Source: Eledone cirrhosa
Taxonomy: Eukaryota
Length of the DNA: 64,000 bases
Direction of reading: 5' to 3'
Assembly (NCBI GenBank): GCA_964016885.1
Contig: OZ024741.1
Location: 221,650,001 to 221,714,000, forward strand
Shown here: one piece after another, positions 1 to 12,100 of the stretch
How the letters are laid out: every line of letters starts with the position of its first letter
Position numbering within the stretch: the stretch's first letter is position 1
Position numbers and translations under genes: made by a program
Notes under the pieces: model-generated
Database searches by the model: none
What the model was told of the DNA's origin: nothing
Seen by the model: the letters and a program-made list of their open reading frames with translations, nothing else

Positions 1-85
1 TTTTCCTAACTCATCCAATAAATATTTTTTTTTTTACTTCATCTTAACAGTTACGCTAATACAACAACCTATCACTTAGGGCTTT

Positions 86-220
86 GTCTTTGTCTTTCTC
101 TTTCTCTTTTTCTCTTTTCTTTTTTCTTCTCTTTCTCTTTTTCTTGTTTTCTTATTTTCCTCTTAGAGTTTGCTCTTTTTTCTCTTTTTTCTCTTTTTTC
201 TCTTTCTTTTCTTTCCCTTT
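86..220. repeat. Pyrimidine-rich (CT/T) low-complexity tract
   Basis: Nearly pure T/C runs such as ctttctctttttctcttttct; boundaries approximate. Confidence 0.8.
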
Positions 221-368
221 ATCCATACTCCAACGGATTGTTTTAAATCTACTGTGATTTAAACATATCCGACACTAATTTGCATAATATACTAAATAAA
301 TTTAATAACCCCACTATCCGGGAGCTTCCAACAGAAATGGTCGCATTCTTTAAGGGTATGTCAATATT

Positions 369-475
369 TATTTATAAAACTGATTTATATTATATTTTAT
401 CTGATGAAAGCACACCATAATTTAACTTGGTGTCCTTGAAATATGTATAATGAAATAAATATGGTTTTATAAATA
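369..475 (+). ncRNA. Degenerate type I hammerhead ribozyme-like motif
   Basis: CTGATGA 401-407; stem II AAGCACACCA (408-417) / TGGTGTCCTT (428-437), 9 of 10 paired; GAAA 438-441; minimal stem III TATG then TA (446-447). Outer stem I: TATTTATAAAAC 369-380 / GTTTTATAAATA 464-475 and ATTTAT 383-388 / ATAAAT 455-460. Pairing next to the core is imperfect. Confidence 0.6.
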
Positions 476-815
476 TAGTTTCCATTTGTTAATATATCGT
501 ATTTTTACTCCAATAATTTGTTGAGTGCTTTATATCAGTTATAAAAATATTTGCTTGTTGTATCCCAACAATTTAAATTGAACTTCTACATATATTTATA
601 TCTGTATTTTTAACCGTTGGTCAATCAATGATAAACGTTGATTGCCAAATAAATTAACTATGGAGATATAAAAGATACAGAAGTGAAAACCAACCAAACA
701 GTGAGTGTGTTCTGTTATTATTTCTGGCAATATTATTACAACAATATGACCCTCCCCAAGTATAACAATATTTGTCTCGACACACGATTTCATATCAAAA
801 ACCTTGCAAAACAAA

Positions 816-935
<120 letters not shown>

Positions 936-973
936 TTTGTTTAAGCGTCAGTCATACAAAAGTGAGTTAGAAG

Positions 974-998
974 CGAAACGAAATTTAATTTCGTTTCG
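974..998. repeat. Perfect 12-bp inverted repeat (hairpin/cruciform)
   Basis: CGAAACGAAATT (974-985), one T, AATTTCGTTTCG (987-998). Confidence 0.85.
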
Positions 999-1144
999 TT
1001 ATTTGTTTTTATCGTTTCCGCTGAACCGGTGCGTACAATGACTCACGTTCTATGCAAATTAGTCTACCCACTACTAATTTTCATAGAAAAAGCATATAAC
1101 GATATGTGCTTTTACAATTCTCCAGAGAAGCCGGAAGATGGGTA

Positions 1145-1189
1145 AATATTGCTGATGAGATGTAATAACATCGAAACTAGTCCAATATT
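1145..1189 (+). ncRNA. Minimal type I hammerhead ribozyme (Penelope/retrozyme-type)
   Basis: AATATTG-CTGATGA-GATGT aata ACATC-GAAA-CTAG-TC-CAATATT: 7-bp stem I, complete core, 5-bp stem II closed by G-C, palindromic stem III region (ACTAGT), GUC triplet with predicted cleavage after C1182. Stem I extends through ATTCTCCAGAG 1117-1127 / CTCTGGAGAAT 1201-1211. Confidence 0.9.
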
Positions 1190-1322
1190 CCTGTCTGGCC
1201 CTCTGGAGAATAGAGGAAATGTGTTTCCTTGAAAACCCGTATGACTCTAAAACCCGGTCCGTCTGTGTGGTTACATACAGACTAGCTGACACTCACTGTA
1301 AAGTGTCTAGTGAAAAGCTGAG

Positions 1323-1431
1323 TACATGTACATATGTATACATGTGTGTATTTATATGCATACTAATACTTCCGTATACATATGTAGATGTACACTTTAA
1401 CTTAATTGTTTATATATATATATATATATAT
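1323..1431. repeat. Degenerate TA/TG/CA microsatellite ending in (TA)10
   Basis: tacatgtacatatgtatacatgtgtgta... followed by a TA run at 1411-1430. Confidence 0.7.
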
Positions 1432-1464
1432 TTAAAAGAATAGAGGTGTAACACACAAGTTATG

Positions 1465-2686
1465 ATATATTGGTAAACGGAAAAGAAAATGCTGACAAAT
1501 TGTTCACAGTGAAAAATAGTTTAATTAGGAATAAGTGAGAATTAGTAATAGTATTGGTTAGTATTCAGTTTTGGTTTTAAGTTTTACCGGTTGCGCATTT
1601 CTAATGCTTTTCAAAAATAATTTTGAGATAGAGCGTCCGTGATGTTTGCTCTAATCTGATTAGTTTTGGAAATTCTACCAGTTTTTATGTTAAAAAAGTG
1701 GCTCCAGCTGTATTAAAATAAGTTTTGCGCCAATTCGTGTTGCAAAAATTCTTGTGGTCAAAACAATTTGGATTGGTCGGTAGAGGTCATGTGAATGTTA
1801 AAAATTGATTTTGCGCCAAATGTAGGTTTGTGTCGGCTGATTGAGAAGTCACTGAAAAATAAGTCTTTCAAAACAAATATGTGTGTGTGTGTGTAGTAGT
1901 AGTAAAGAGGTTCGTTGTTGTGATAATGGTCAGCAGGGATGTGTGTGCGAACCGCAGCCTGTTGACAGTTCAAATGCCTATTAAGACAAGTGTAGAGGGA
2001 TGGTCAGTAGGAATGTGTCTGTAAGTGTGTGGGGGATATTTTAACATGTTAAAAGATATTTTTCAGCTCTTGTCTTATACGGAGAAGTGTGTGTGTGTGT
2101 GTGTGCATATGTCTCTTTGTAGGTTAATGTACGCGTGTGTATGTGTGTGTGTATATATGTGCGTGTATGCACATACACGTGTGTGTGTGGGTGGACCAGT
2201 AATTATTTTTGTGATACTGGTGAAATGGTGTACATTATTCGATATTTTCAGTAAAATCGATTCTCTCAATAGAACATCAAAAACCTTAATAATAAAAGGT
2301 GTGAAATGATATATAGCATTGGCATAATACCAAGGTGTGTGTGAGTGTGTCCAGATTGTACGTACTGCAAGGGGAGTCCATTAGGCCTTGCCGTATTGGA
2401 ATACTTGTGTACAAATATGTATATGCCCATCAGTGTGCAATGCATGTGTGCGTTTATGTATGTGTGTGTGTCGGCACGTTTATATCTATAGACATCAAAA
2501 GGTATGCAAATTTGTGTATATTTATGTTGCACCATAGAACATGTGTGTTTACGTATGTCATTGTGTTTATATGTGGGTAGAGATGTATGCTGATGTAGGT
2601 ATGTATGTTGACGTGTGTATTCCTAATTAAACTATTTTTCACTGTGAACAATTTGTTAGCATTTTCTTTTCCGTTTACCAATATAT
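1465..2686. mobile_element. Putative non-autonomous TIR DNA transposon (MITE-like), ~1.22 kb
   Basis: 69-bp inverted repeats at 1465-1533 (ATATATTGGTAAACGGAAAAGAAAATGCTGACAAATTG...TTAGGAATA) and 2618-2686 with one mismatch; non-coding interior rich in degenerate (TG)n. Ends lie in TA runs, so exact termini and TSD are ambiguous. Confidence 0.72.
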
Positions 2687-2698
2687 ATATATATGCAT

Positions 2699-5493
2699 TA
2701 GGGTGTTCCAGAATCCCACATTTTACACAAAAGTATTTTTTTCTTAGCTCCCTATGCATTTTCTCATGCCATTTTGTATATTATCAATTTATAATGTAAT
2801 TTTGATTATTTCAGACTAATTTAAGCCTTGCCTAACAGTTGCAAATTGGCAGAATAATGGCGGAAACCAGTGGGCCTAGTTGTAGCTACTCGCTCCATTG
2901 TGATGATCGAGAAATATGGCTCCTGCGGCAATATGTTACATCATTTTCACCAAACAAAATACCAACAAAGAGGGATGTTCTAAGATATTTCTTCTACCTG
3001 AAAGATGGTCCTATGAAACACGAAAAGCATGTGAGCTTCAATGGTGCTATTGCGGATAGGCTTGTGATGGAAGTAGTTAGTCAGTGGGAAAAAGCTGGTG
3101 TGGCGACTCAACGAAAAAACAAAGTGAAACTGAAAATTATGAACAAGTACAGTGAATACAGAAATTTATTTAAAAAAATAAAGATTCTAAGTCAAACAAA
3201 GAAAAGGAAGCACTATTTATTTCTGAATTGGATTCGTATTTCTACATTGCACATACTGATGCTGAAAAGAAAATTTTGAAAGACCGTCTTCGTAATAATG
3301 AACAGAAAATGGAAGATGCTACATTTCTCGAAGCCCTGCATTGCCAGAAAAAAGTATCTGTGGGTGCTGAAGACAAGGGTTACCAGAAAAAAGTATCTTC
3401 AAAGTTTAAGCGTGATCAGGTTTCTGTGGCTCGTCGAGAGTCAGAGAACCATAGAAAGCGTTTGTCAGGATCTGTAGCAGCACAACTTCCACGTAATGAA
3501 CTGAGTGATTCAAGTTCAACCAATAATGAAACTGAAGTTGAACAGGATCCTGAATTTCAGGCCTCAAACCCACCCAGAGACAGCTCAAAGTCAGACAAGA
3601 AACGAAAAATCCAGCTGGAACTCCCAAAGAATCCATTTCAAAGTCAAAAAATTTCTCTAATGGCTGATCGTTTAAACCTGTCACTGGGCCAGAGAACAGC
3701 ATTTATGGCATCGATTATTTCTGAGGATAGGACTGACATAGTCGCCACAACTCTCTCCAAGAATAGTAGCAGACGTGCAGCTAAGAAGATCAGAACTGTG
3801 TGGGCTGAACATATAAAGGAACAACAATTTGCTGTACCAGACTTTGTTACCTTGCATTGGGATGGCAAAATAATTCCTGGTGACCACGAGAGGCTAGGTG
3901 TGCTAGTTGCTGGAACTCTGGGCTTCAGAGAAGGTAAACTCCTCGGTGTTCCCATAATTCCTGATGGCACTGGAACCACCCAAGCCAAAGCATCATTTGA
4001 TCTTGTTAAAGATTGGAATGTCGATGGGTCTGTGGTGGGCTTGGTCTTCGACACCACTGCTTCGAAATCTGGATGGAAAAATGGTGCCTCGGTGAAACTA
4101 GAAGAGATGCTCAACAAAAAGGTGTTTTATTTTGCTTGTCGGCACCATGTCATGGAACGTATCTTGTGTGCAGTGTGGCAACAACTATTCGGAGCAATGT
4201 CCAGTCCAGACACCCCAGATTTCAAGGAGTTCAAAAAAGATTGGGTGTCACTTACGGACAAGACCAACTTTAAAACATTGAACATTGAACATTGTCGACT
4301 GGAGACTCAAGCGTCTGTGTTCTGAGAACATCAAGTTCCTCCAATATTTGCTAACATCCGACGATGGGAAAATGAGTTCTCTTCCACGGGACGACTACCG
4401 AGAATGTGTCGAGTTGATGTTGATCTTGTCACCCCTCCTCGTAGAATTCATTGGATGCTACCTGGTGCGCACCATAACGCTCGGTGGATGTCCACAATCA
4501 TCTATAGAGCAAAGATGTATGCATTTAGTGAGCGACTCAATTACGATCAAGCTAAAATGGAAATGTTGCACCGGATCTGTATGTTCAATGTTCTGTTGTA
4601 AGTGCGATACTGGCTGACAGCAGTCAAGTGTGCTGATGCACCATCCAATGACCTTCAATTCTACGTGGAGTTGACACAGTACAGTAAGGTTGACAGAGAT
4701 CCCTCGCAGGCAGCCACTACTGCTCTGAGCAGGCATCTTTGGTACCTGACGGAGGAAGCCATTCCGCTAGCGCTGTTTTCAAGTCGGGTTCAAGAGTCCG
4801 AGAAGAAACAAATAGCGCAACGTCTTGTCAAAATGAAAACGTCTGGGCCTCTCGACCGTGGTGTTCCAGTATTTCCCGAGTTGAAGTCATCCACGAAGCT
4901 GCCTCATCTAGTTGGGAAGAAATCAAGGCTTCTGTTCGATCTCCTGGGTCTCGACGATACTTGGCTTGAGCTGTCACCTGCAACTTAGTCATCACAAGCG
5001 TCATATCAAAATGCCTGTGCTGTTGTTCCCAATATCAAGGTAGTCAACGATCTGGCGGCGAGAACAGTCAAGTTGATAACTGATTTTGTTGCCATCACCA
5101 AAAATGAGGAGGAGAAGCAGTGTGTTCTTCAAGTAGTCGAAGCTCATCGTCTCAAGGTCCCGGATTTCAAAAAAGAAACTCTGAAAAAAATATGACTGGA
5201 GTTAACTTAACTGAACTTGTTTCTTCCTTGTACGCATTTATATTCAAAGCTGGTTTACTAAATATAATGGATTAATAAAATAAACAATTATTGTATGGTC
5301 ATATTTGGTTTCACATTTTCATGATTTCATGCAACATAATCACACTTTCCACTATAATCTTCATAATATAGGCAAGGCTCAAAATAATTTATTTTATACA
5401 AAATATGTTTTATTTTACCAATTGGGGCATTTATAATGGGAAAATACACAGGGAGCGTTAGTATTGTGACCTTGCTTTTTATGGCACACTCTA
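2699..5493 (+). mobile_element. hAT-superfamily DNA transposon (hATm-like), full length, inactive
   Basis: Left end TAGGGTGTTCC (2699-2709) and right end GGCACACTCTA (5483-5493) are 9/11 inverted. Subterminal inverted motif 2747-2767 / 5436-5456 matches 18/21. Flanking 8-mers ATATGCAT (2691-2698) and ATGTGCAT (5494-5501) form a TSD with one mismatch. Internal transposase remnant. The hATm subgroup call is from recalled termini and motifs. Confidence 0.85.
2857..5195 (+). pseudogene. Disrupted hAT-family DDE transposase
   Basis: ORF pieces 2839-3279, 3228-4325, 4285-~4430, 4404-4601, 4602-4988 and 4989-5195 join into one protein with LHWDGK, VFDTTAS, ACRHH (CxxH), RDDYRE, PGAHHNARWM, RHLWYL and VVNDLAAR motifs. 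Three frameshifts (~3180, ~4310, ~4425) and in-frame stops at 4599-4601 and 4986-4988; final TGA at 5193-5195. Confidence 0.9.
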
Positions 5494-6169
5494 ATGTGCA
5501 TATATGGTCTTTCCATAATTGATACTGTTTTTCATTCAGTGACACAAAATTGTCTACTTATAAAAATGTTTATATATAAAAACCTTACAGCACCATTTTA
5601 TGTCAGAAATTTTTGTGAAGTAATGCACCAAACAACTTGTAAATGAAAAATTAGTTATTCTATTAAATTCCTTCAAATTATTTATTTTCATTATTAATTG
5701 TAACACACTGGCAGTGTATTTCTTTAGAAATATTCTAAAGACGAAGAAATATTTACTAAACACTGGAAGTGAATAAAGATAATTGTAATATTTCGCATTT
5801 GTTTTATAATATTAATATAATATTTGTTGTGTTGGTGTGCTTTTTGTGATGTTTGAGAAAATATATAGAGAGAGGGAGAAAGACTGACACAGAGAGAATT
5901 AACATATGCGTTGAAGGAAGAGTATACATACTGAACAAAGTGGTTGGTAAAAGGTATTGGAGATAGAGAGGCAAAAAACAAACACTATAGTGAAAGAGGT
6001 ACACAAATAATTTTCATATGTTGTTAACGATAGGGAATGTATAAAAATTAACCTAAACTCAAACCAACCTGTAAAGTGGTCATGTTGGTGATATGACTGA
6101 AGACATCCAGCCTGACCTGTAAAGTGGTCATGTTGGTGACATGACTGAAGACATCCAGCCTGACCTGTA

Positions 6170-9100
6170 AAGTGGCCATGTTCCTGATATGACTGAAGAC
6201 ACCCAGTCTGACCTGTAAAGTGGCCATGTTCCTGATATGACTGAAGACACCCAGTCTGACCTGTAAAGTGGCCATGTTCCTGATATGACTGAAGACACCC
6301 AGCCTGACCTGTAAAGTGGTCATGTTCCTGATATGACTGAAGACACCCAGTCTGACCTGTAAAATGGCCATGTTCCTGATATGACTGAAGACACCCAGTC
6401 TGACCTGTAAAGTGGCCATGTTCCTGATATGACTGAAGACACCCAGTCTGACCTGTAAAATGGCCATGTTCCTGATATGACTGAAGACACCCAGTCTGAC
6501 CTGTAAAGTGGCCATGTTCCTGATATGACTGAAGACACCCAGTCTGACCTGTAAAATGGCCATGTTCCTGATATGACTGAATACACCCAGTCTGACCTGT
6601 AAAGTGGCCATGTTCCTGATATGACTGAAGACACCCAGTCTGACCTGTAAAGTGGCCATGTTCCTGATATGACTGAAGACACCCAGCCTGACCTGTAAAG
6701 TGGTCATGTTCCTGATATGACTGAAGACACCCAGTCTGACCTGTAAAGTGGCCATGTTCCTGATATGACTGAAGACATCCAGTCTGACCTGTAAAGTTGC
6801 CATGTTCCTGATATGACTGAAGACACCCAGCCTGACCTGTAAAGTGGCCATGTTCCTGATATGACTGAAGACACCCAGTCTGACCTGTAAAGTGGTCATG
6901 TTTCTGATATGACTGAAGACACCCAGTCTGACCTGTAAAGTGGTCATGTTTCTGATATGACTGAAGACACCCAGTCTGACCTGTAAAGTGGTCATGTTTC
7001 TGATATGACTGAAGACACCCAGTCTGACCTGTAAAGTGGTCATGTTTCTGATATGACTGAAGACACCCAGTCTGACCTGTAAAGTGGTCATGTTTCTGAT
7101 ATGACTGAAGACACCCAGCCTGACCTGTAAAGTGGCCATGTTCCTGATATGACTGAAGACACCCAGTCTGACCTGTAAAGTGGTCATGTTTCTGATATGA
7201 CTGAAGACATCCAGCCTGACCTGTAAAGTGGTCATGTTCCTGATATGACTGAAGACACCCAGTCTGACCTGTAAAGTGGTCATGTTCCTGATATGACTGA
7301 AGACATCCAGCCTGACCTGTAAAGTGGTCATGTTCCTGATATGACTGAAGACATCCAGCCTGACCTGTAAAGTGGTCATGTTCCTGATATGACTGAAGAC
7401 ACCCAGCCTGACCTGTAAAGTGGCCATGTTCCTGATATGACTGAAGACACCCAGTCTGACCTGTAAAGTGGTCATGTTTCTGATATGACTGAAGACACCC
7501 AGTCTGACCTGTAAAGTGGTCATGTTTCTGATATGACTGAAGACACCCAGTCTGACCTGTAAAGTGGTCATGTTTCTGATATGACTGAAGACACCCAGTC
7601 TGACCTGTAAAGTGGTCATGTTTCTGATATGACTGAAGACACCCAGCCTGACCTGTAAAGTGGCCATGTTCCTGATATGACTGAAGACACCCAGTCTGAC
7701 CTGTAAAGTGGTCATGTTTCTGATATGACTGAAGACATCCAGCCTGACCTGTAAAGTGGTCATGTTCCTGATATGACTGAAGACACCCAGTCTGACCTGT
7801 AAAGTGGTGATGTTTCTGATATGACTGAAGACATCCAGTCTGACCTGTAAAGTGGTCATGTTCCTGATATGACTGAAGACACCCAGTCTGACCTGTAAAG
7901 TGGTCATGTTCCTGATATGACTGAAGACATCCAGTCTGACCTGTAAAGTGGTCATGTTCCTCATATGACTGAAGACATCCAGCCTGACCTGTAAAGTGGT
8001 CATGTTCCTAATATGACTGAAGACATCCAGCCTGACCTGTAAAGTGGTCATGTTCCTGATATGACTGAAGACACCCAGTCTGACCTGTAAAGTGGCCATG
8101 TTTCTGATATGACTGAAGACACCCAGTCTGACCTGTAAAGTGGCCATGTTCCTGATATGACTGAAGACACCCAGTCTGACCTGTAAAGTGGCCATGTTTC
8201 TGATATGACTGAAGACACCCAGTCTGACCTGTAAAGTGGCCATGTTCCTGATATGACTGAAGACACCCAGTCTGACCTGTAAAGTGGCCATGTTCCTGAT
8301 ATGACTGAAGACACCCAGTCTGACCTGTAAAGTGGTCATGTTCCTGATATGACTGAAGACATCCAGCCTGACCTGTAAAGTGGTCATGTTTCTGATATGA
8401 CTGAAGACACCCAGTCTGACCTGTAAAGTGGTCATGTTTCTGATATGACTGAAGACATCCAGCCTGACCTGTAAAGTGGTCATGTTCCTGATATGACTGA
8501 AGACACCCAGCCTGACCTGTAAAGTGGCCATGTTCCTGATATGACTGAAGACACCCAGCCTGACCTGTAAAGTGGTCATGTTTCTGATATGACTGAAGAC
8601 ATCCAGTCTGACCTGTAAAGTGGCCATGTTTCTGATATGACTGAAGACACCCAGTCTGACCTGTAAAGTGGTCATGTTTCTGATATGACTGAAGACACCC
8701 AGTCTGACCTGTAAAGTGGTCATGTTTCTGATATGACTGAAGACACCCAGTCTGACCTGTAAAGTGGTCATGTTTCTGATATGACTGAAGACACCCAGCC
8801 TGAGCTGTAAAGTGGCCATGTTCCTGATATGACTGAAGACACCCAGTCTGACCTGTAAAGTGGTCATGTTCCTGATATGACTGAAGACACCCAGCCTGAC
8901 CTGTAAAGTGGTCATGTTTCTGATATGACTGAAGACACCCAGTCTGACCTGTAAAGTGGTCATGTTTCTGATATGACTGAAGACATCCAGCCTGACATGT
9001 AAAGTGGTCATGTTCCTGATATGACTGAAGACACCCAGCCTGACCTGTAAAGTGGCCATGTTCCTGATATGACTGAAGACACCCAGCCTGACCTGTAAAG

Positions 9101-12100
9101 TGGTCATGTTTCTGATATGACTGAAGACATCCAGTCTGACCTGTAAAGTGGCCATGTTTCTGATATGACTGAAGACACCCAGTCTGACCTGTAAAGTGGT
9201 CATGTTTCTGATATGACTGAAGACACCCAGTCTGACCTGACAAGTGGTCATGTTTCTGATATGACTGAAGACACCCAGTCTGACCTGTAAAGTGGTCGTG
9301 TTTCTGATATGACTGAAGACACCCAGCCTGACCTGTAAAGTGGCCATGTTCCTGATATGACTGAAGACACTCAGTCTGACCTGTAAAGTGGTCATGTTTC
9401 TGATATGACTGAAGACACCCAGCCTGACCTGTAAAGTGGCCATGTTCCTGATATGACTGAAGACATCCAGTCTGACCTGTAAAGTGGTCATGTTTCTGAT
9501 ATGACTGAAGACATCCAGCCTGACCTGTAAAGTGGTCATGTTCCTGATATGACTGAAGACATCCAGCCTGACCTGTAAAGTGGCCATGTTCCTGATATGA
9601 CTAAAGACACCCAGTCTGACCTGTAAAGTGGTCATGTTCCTGATATGACTGAAGACATCCAGCCTGACCTGTAAAGTGGTCATGTTTCTGATATGACTGA
9701 AGACACCCAGTCTGACCTGTAAAGTGGTCATGTTTCTGATATGACTGAAGACACCCAGTCTGACCAGTAAAGTGGTCATGTTTCTGATATGACTGAAGAC
9801 ACCCAGCCTGACCTGTAAAGTGGCCATGTTCCTGATATGACTGAAGAGACCCAGTCTGACCTGTAAAGTGGCCATGTTCCTGATATGACTGAAGACACCC
9901 AGTCTGACCTGTAAAGTGGCCATGTTCCTGATACGACTGAAGACACTCAGTCTGACCTGTAAAGTGGCCATGTTCCTGATATGACTGAAGACACCCAGTC
10001 TGACCTGTAAAGTGGCCATGTTCCTGATATGACTGAAGACACCCAGTCAGACCTGTAAAGTGGCCATGTTCCTGATATGACTGAAGACACCCAGCCTGAC
10101 CTGTAAAGTGGTCATGTTCCTGATATGACTGAAGACACCCAGTCTGACCTGTAAAGTGGCCATGTTCCTGATATGACTGAAGACATCCAGTCTGACCTGT
10201 AAAGTGGCCATATTCCTGATATGACTGAAGACACCCAGCCTGACCTGTAAAGTGGCCATGTTCCTGATATGACTGACGACACCCAGTCTGACCTGTAAAG
10301 TGGCCATGTTTCTGATATGACTGAAGACACCCAGTCTGACCTGCAAAGTGGCCATGTTCCTGATATGACTGAAGGCACCCAGCCTGACCTGTAAAGTGGC
10401 CATGTTCCTGATATGACTGAAGACACCCAGTCTGACCTGTAAAGTGGTCATGTTCCTGATATGACTGAAGACACCCAGCCTGACCTGTAAAGTGGTCATG
10501 TTTCTGATATGACTGAAGACACCCAGTCTGACCTGTAAAGTGGTCATGTTTCTGATATGACTGAAGACATCCAGCCTGACCTGTAAAGTGGTCATGTTCC
10601 TGATATGACTGAAGACACCCAGTCTGACCTGTAAAGTGGACATGTTCCTGATATGACTGAAGACACCCAGTCTGACCTGTAAAGTGGTCATGTTCCTGAT
10701 ATGACTGAAGACACCCAGTCTGACCTGTAAAGTGGCCATGTTCCTGATATGACTGAAGACACCCAGTCAGACCTGTAAAGTGGCCATGTTCCTGATATGA
10801 CTGAAGACACCCAGCCAGACCTGTAAAGTGGTCATGTTCCTGATATGACTGAAGACACCCAGTCTGACCTGTAAAGTGGCCATGTTCCTGATATGACTGA
10901 AGACATCCAGTCTGACCTGTAAAGTGGCCATATTCCTGATATGACTGAAGACACCCAGCCTGACCTGTAAAGTGGCCATGTTCCTGATATGACTGAAGAC
11001 ACCCAGTCTGACCTGTAAAGTGGCCATGTTCCTGATATGACTGAAGACACCCAGTCTGACCTGTAAAGTGGCCATGTTCCTGATATGACTGAAGACACCC
11101 AGCCTGACCTGTAAAGTGGTCATGTTCCTGATATGACTGAAGACACCCAGTCTGACCTGTAAAATGGCCATGTTCCTGATATGACTGAAGACACCCAGTC
11201 TGACCTGTAAAGTGGCCATGTTCCTGATATGACTGAAGACACCCAGTCTGACCTGTAAAATGGCCATGTTCCTGATATGACTGAAGACACCCAGTCTGAC
11301 CTGTAAAGTGGCCATGTTCCTGATATGACTGAAGACACCCAGTCTGACCTGTAAAATGGCCATGTTCCTGATATGACTGAATACACCCAGTCTGACCTGT
11401 AAAGTGGCCATGTTCCTGATATGACTGAAGACACCCAGTCTGACCTGTAAAGTGGCCATGTTCCTGATATGACTGAAGACACCCAGCCTGACCTGTAAAG
11501 TGGTCATGTTCCTGATATGACTGAAGACACCCAGTCTGACCTGTAAAGTGGCCATGTTCCTGATATGACTGAAGACATCCAGTCTGACCTGTAAAGTTGC
11601 CATGTTCCTGATATGACTGAAGACACCCAGCCTGACCTGTAAAGTGGCCATGTTCCTGATATGACTGAAGACACCCAGTCTGACCTGTAAAGTGGCCATG
11701 TTCCTGATATGACTGAAGACATCCAGTCTGACCTGTAAAGTTGCCATGTTCCTGATATGACTGAAGACACCCAGCCTGACCTGTAAAGTGGCCATGTTTC
11801 TGATATGACTGAAGACACCCAGTCTGACCTGTAAAGTGGTCATGTTTCTGATATGACTGAAAACACCCAGTCTGACCTGTAAAGTGGTCATGTTTCTGAT
11901 ATGACTGAAGACACCCAGTCTGACCTGTAAAGTGGTCATGTTTCTGATATGACTGAAGACACCCAGCCTGACCTGTAAAGTGGCCATGTTCCTGATATGA
12001 CTGAAGACACCCAGTCTGACCTGTAAAGTGGTCATGTTTCTGATATGACTGAAGACATCCAGCCTGACCTGTAAAGTGGTCATGTTCCTGATATGACTGA

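Noticed and set aside
3406-4969. Antisense and alternate-frame ORFs inside the transposase (3406-3702, 3644-4117, 3681-3887, 4013-4273, 4458-4736, 4739-4969)
   Set aside because: Shadow frames of the transposase with no recognisable motifs.
2857-5195. Active or domesticated transposase
   Set aside because: Three frameshifts, two premature stops and apparent loss of the catalytic Glu.
5327-6004. Short minus-strand ORFs between the transposon and the satellite
   Set aside because: Low-complexity AT-rich translations with no recognisable homology.
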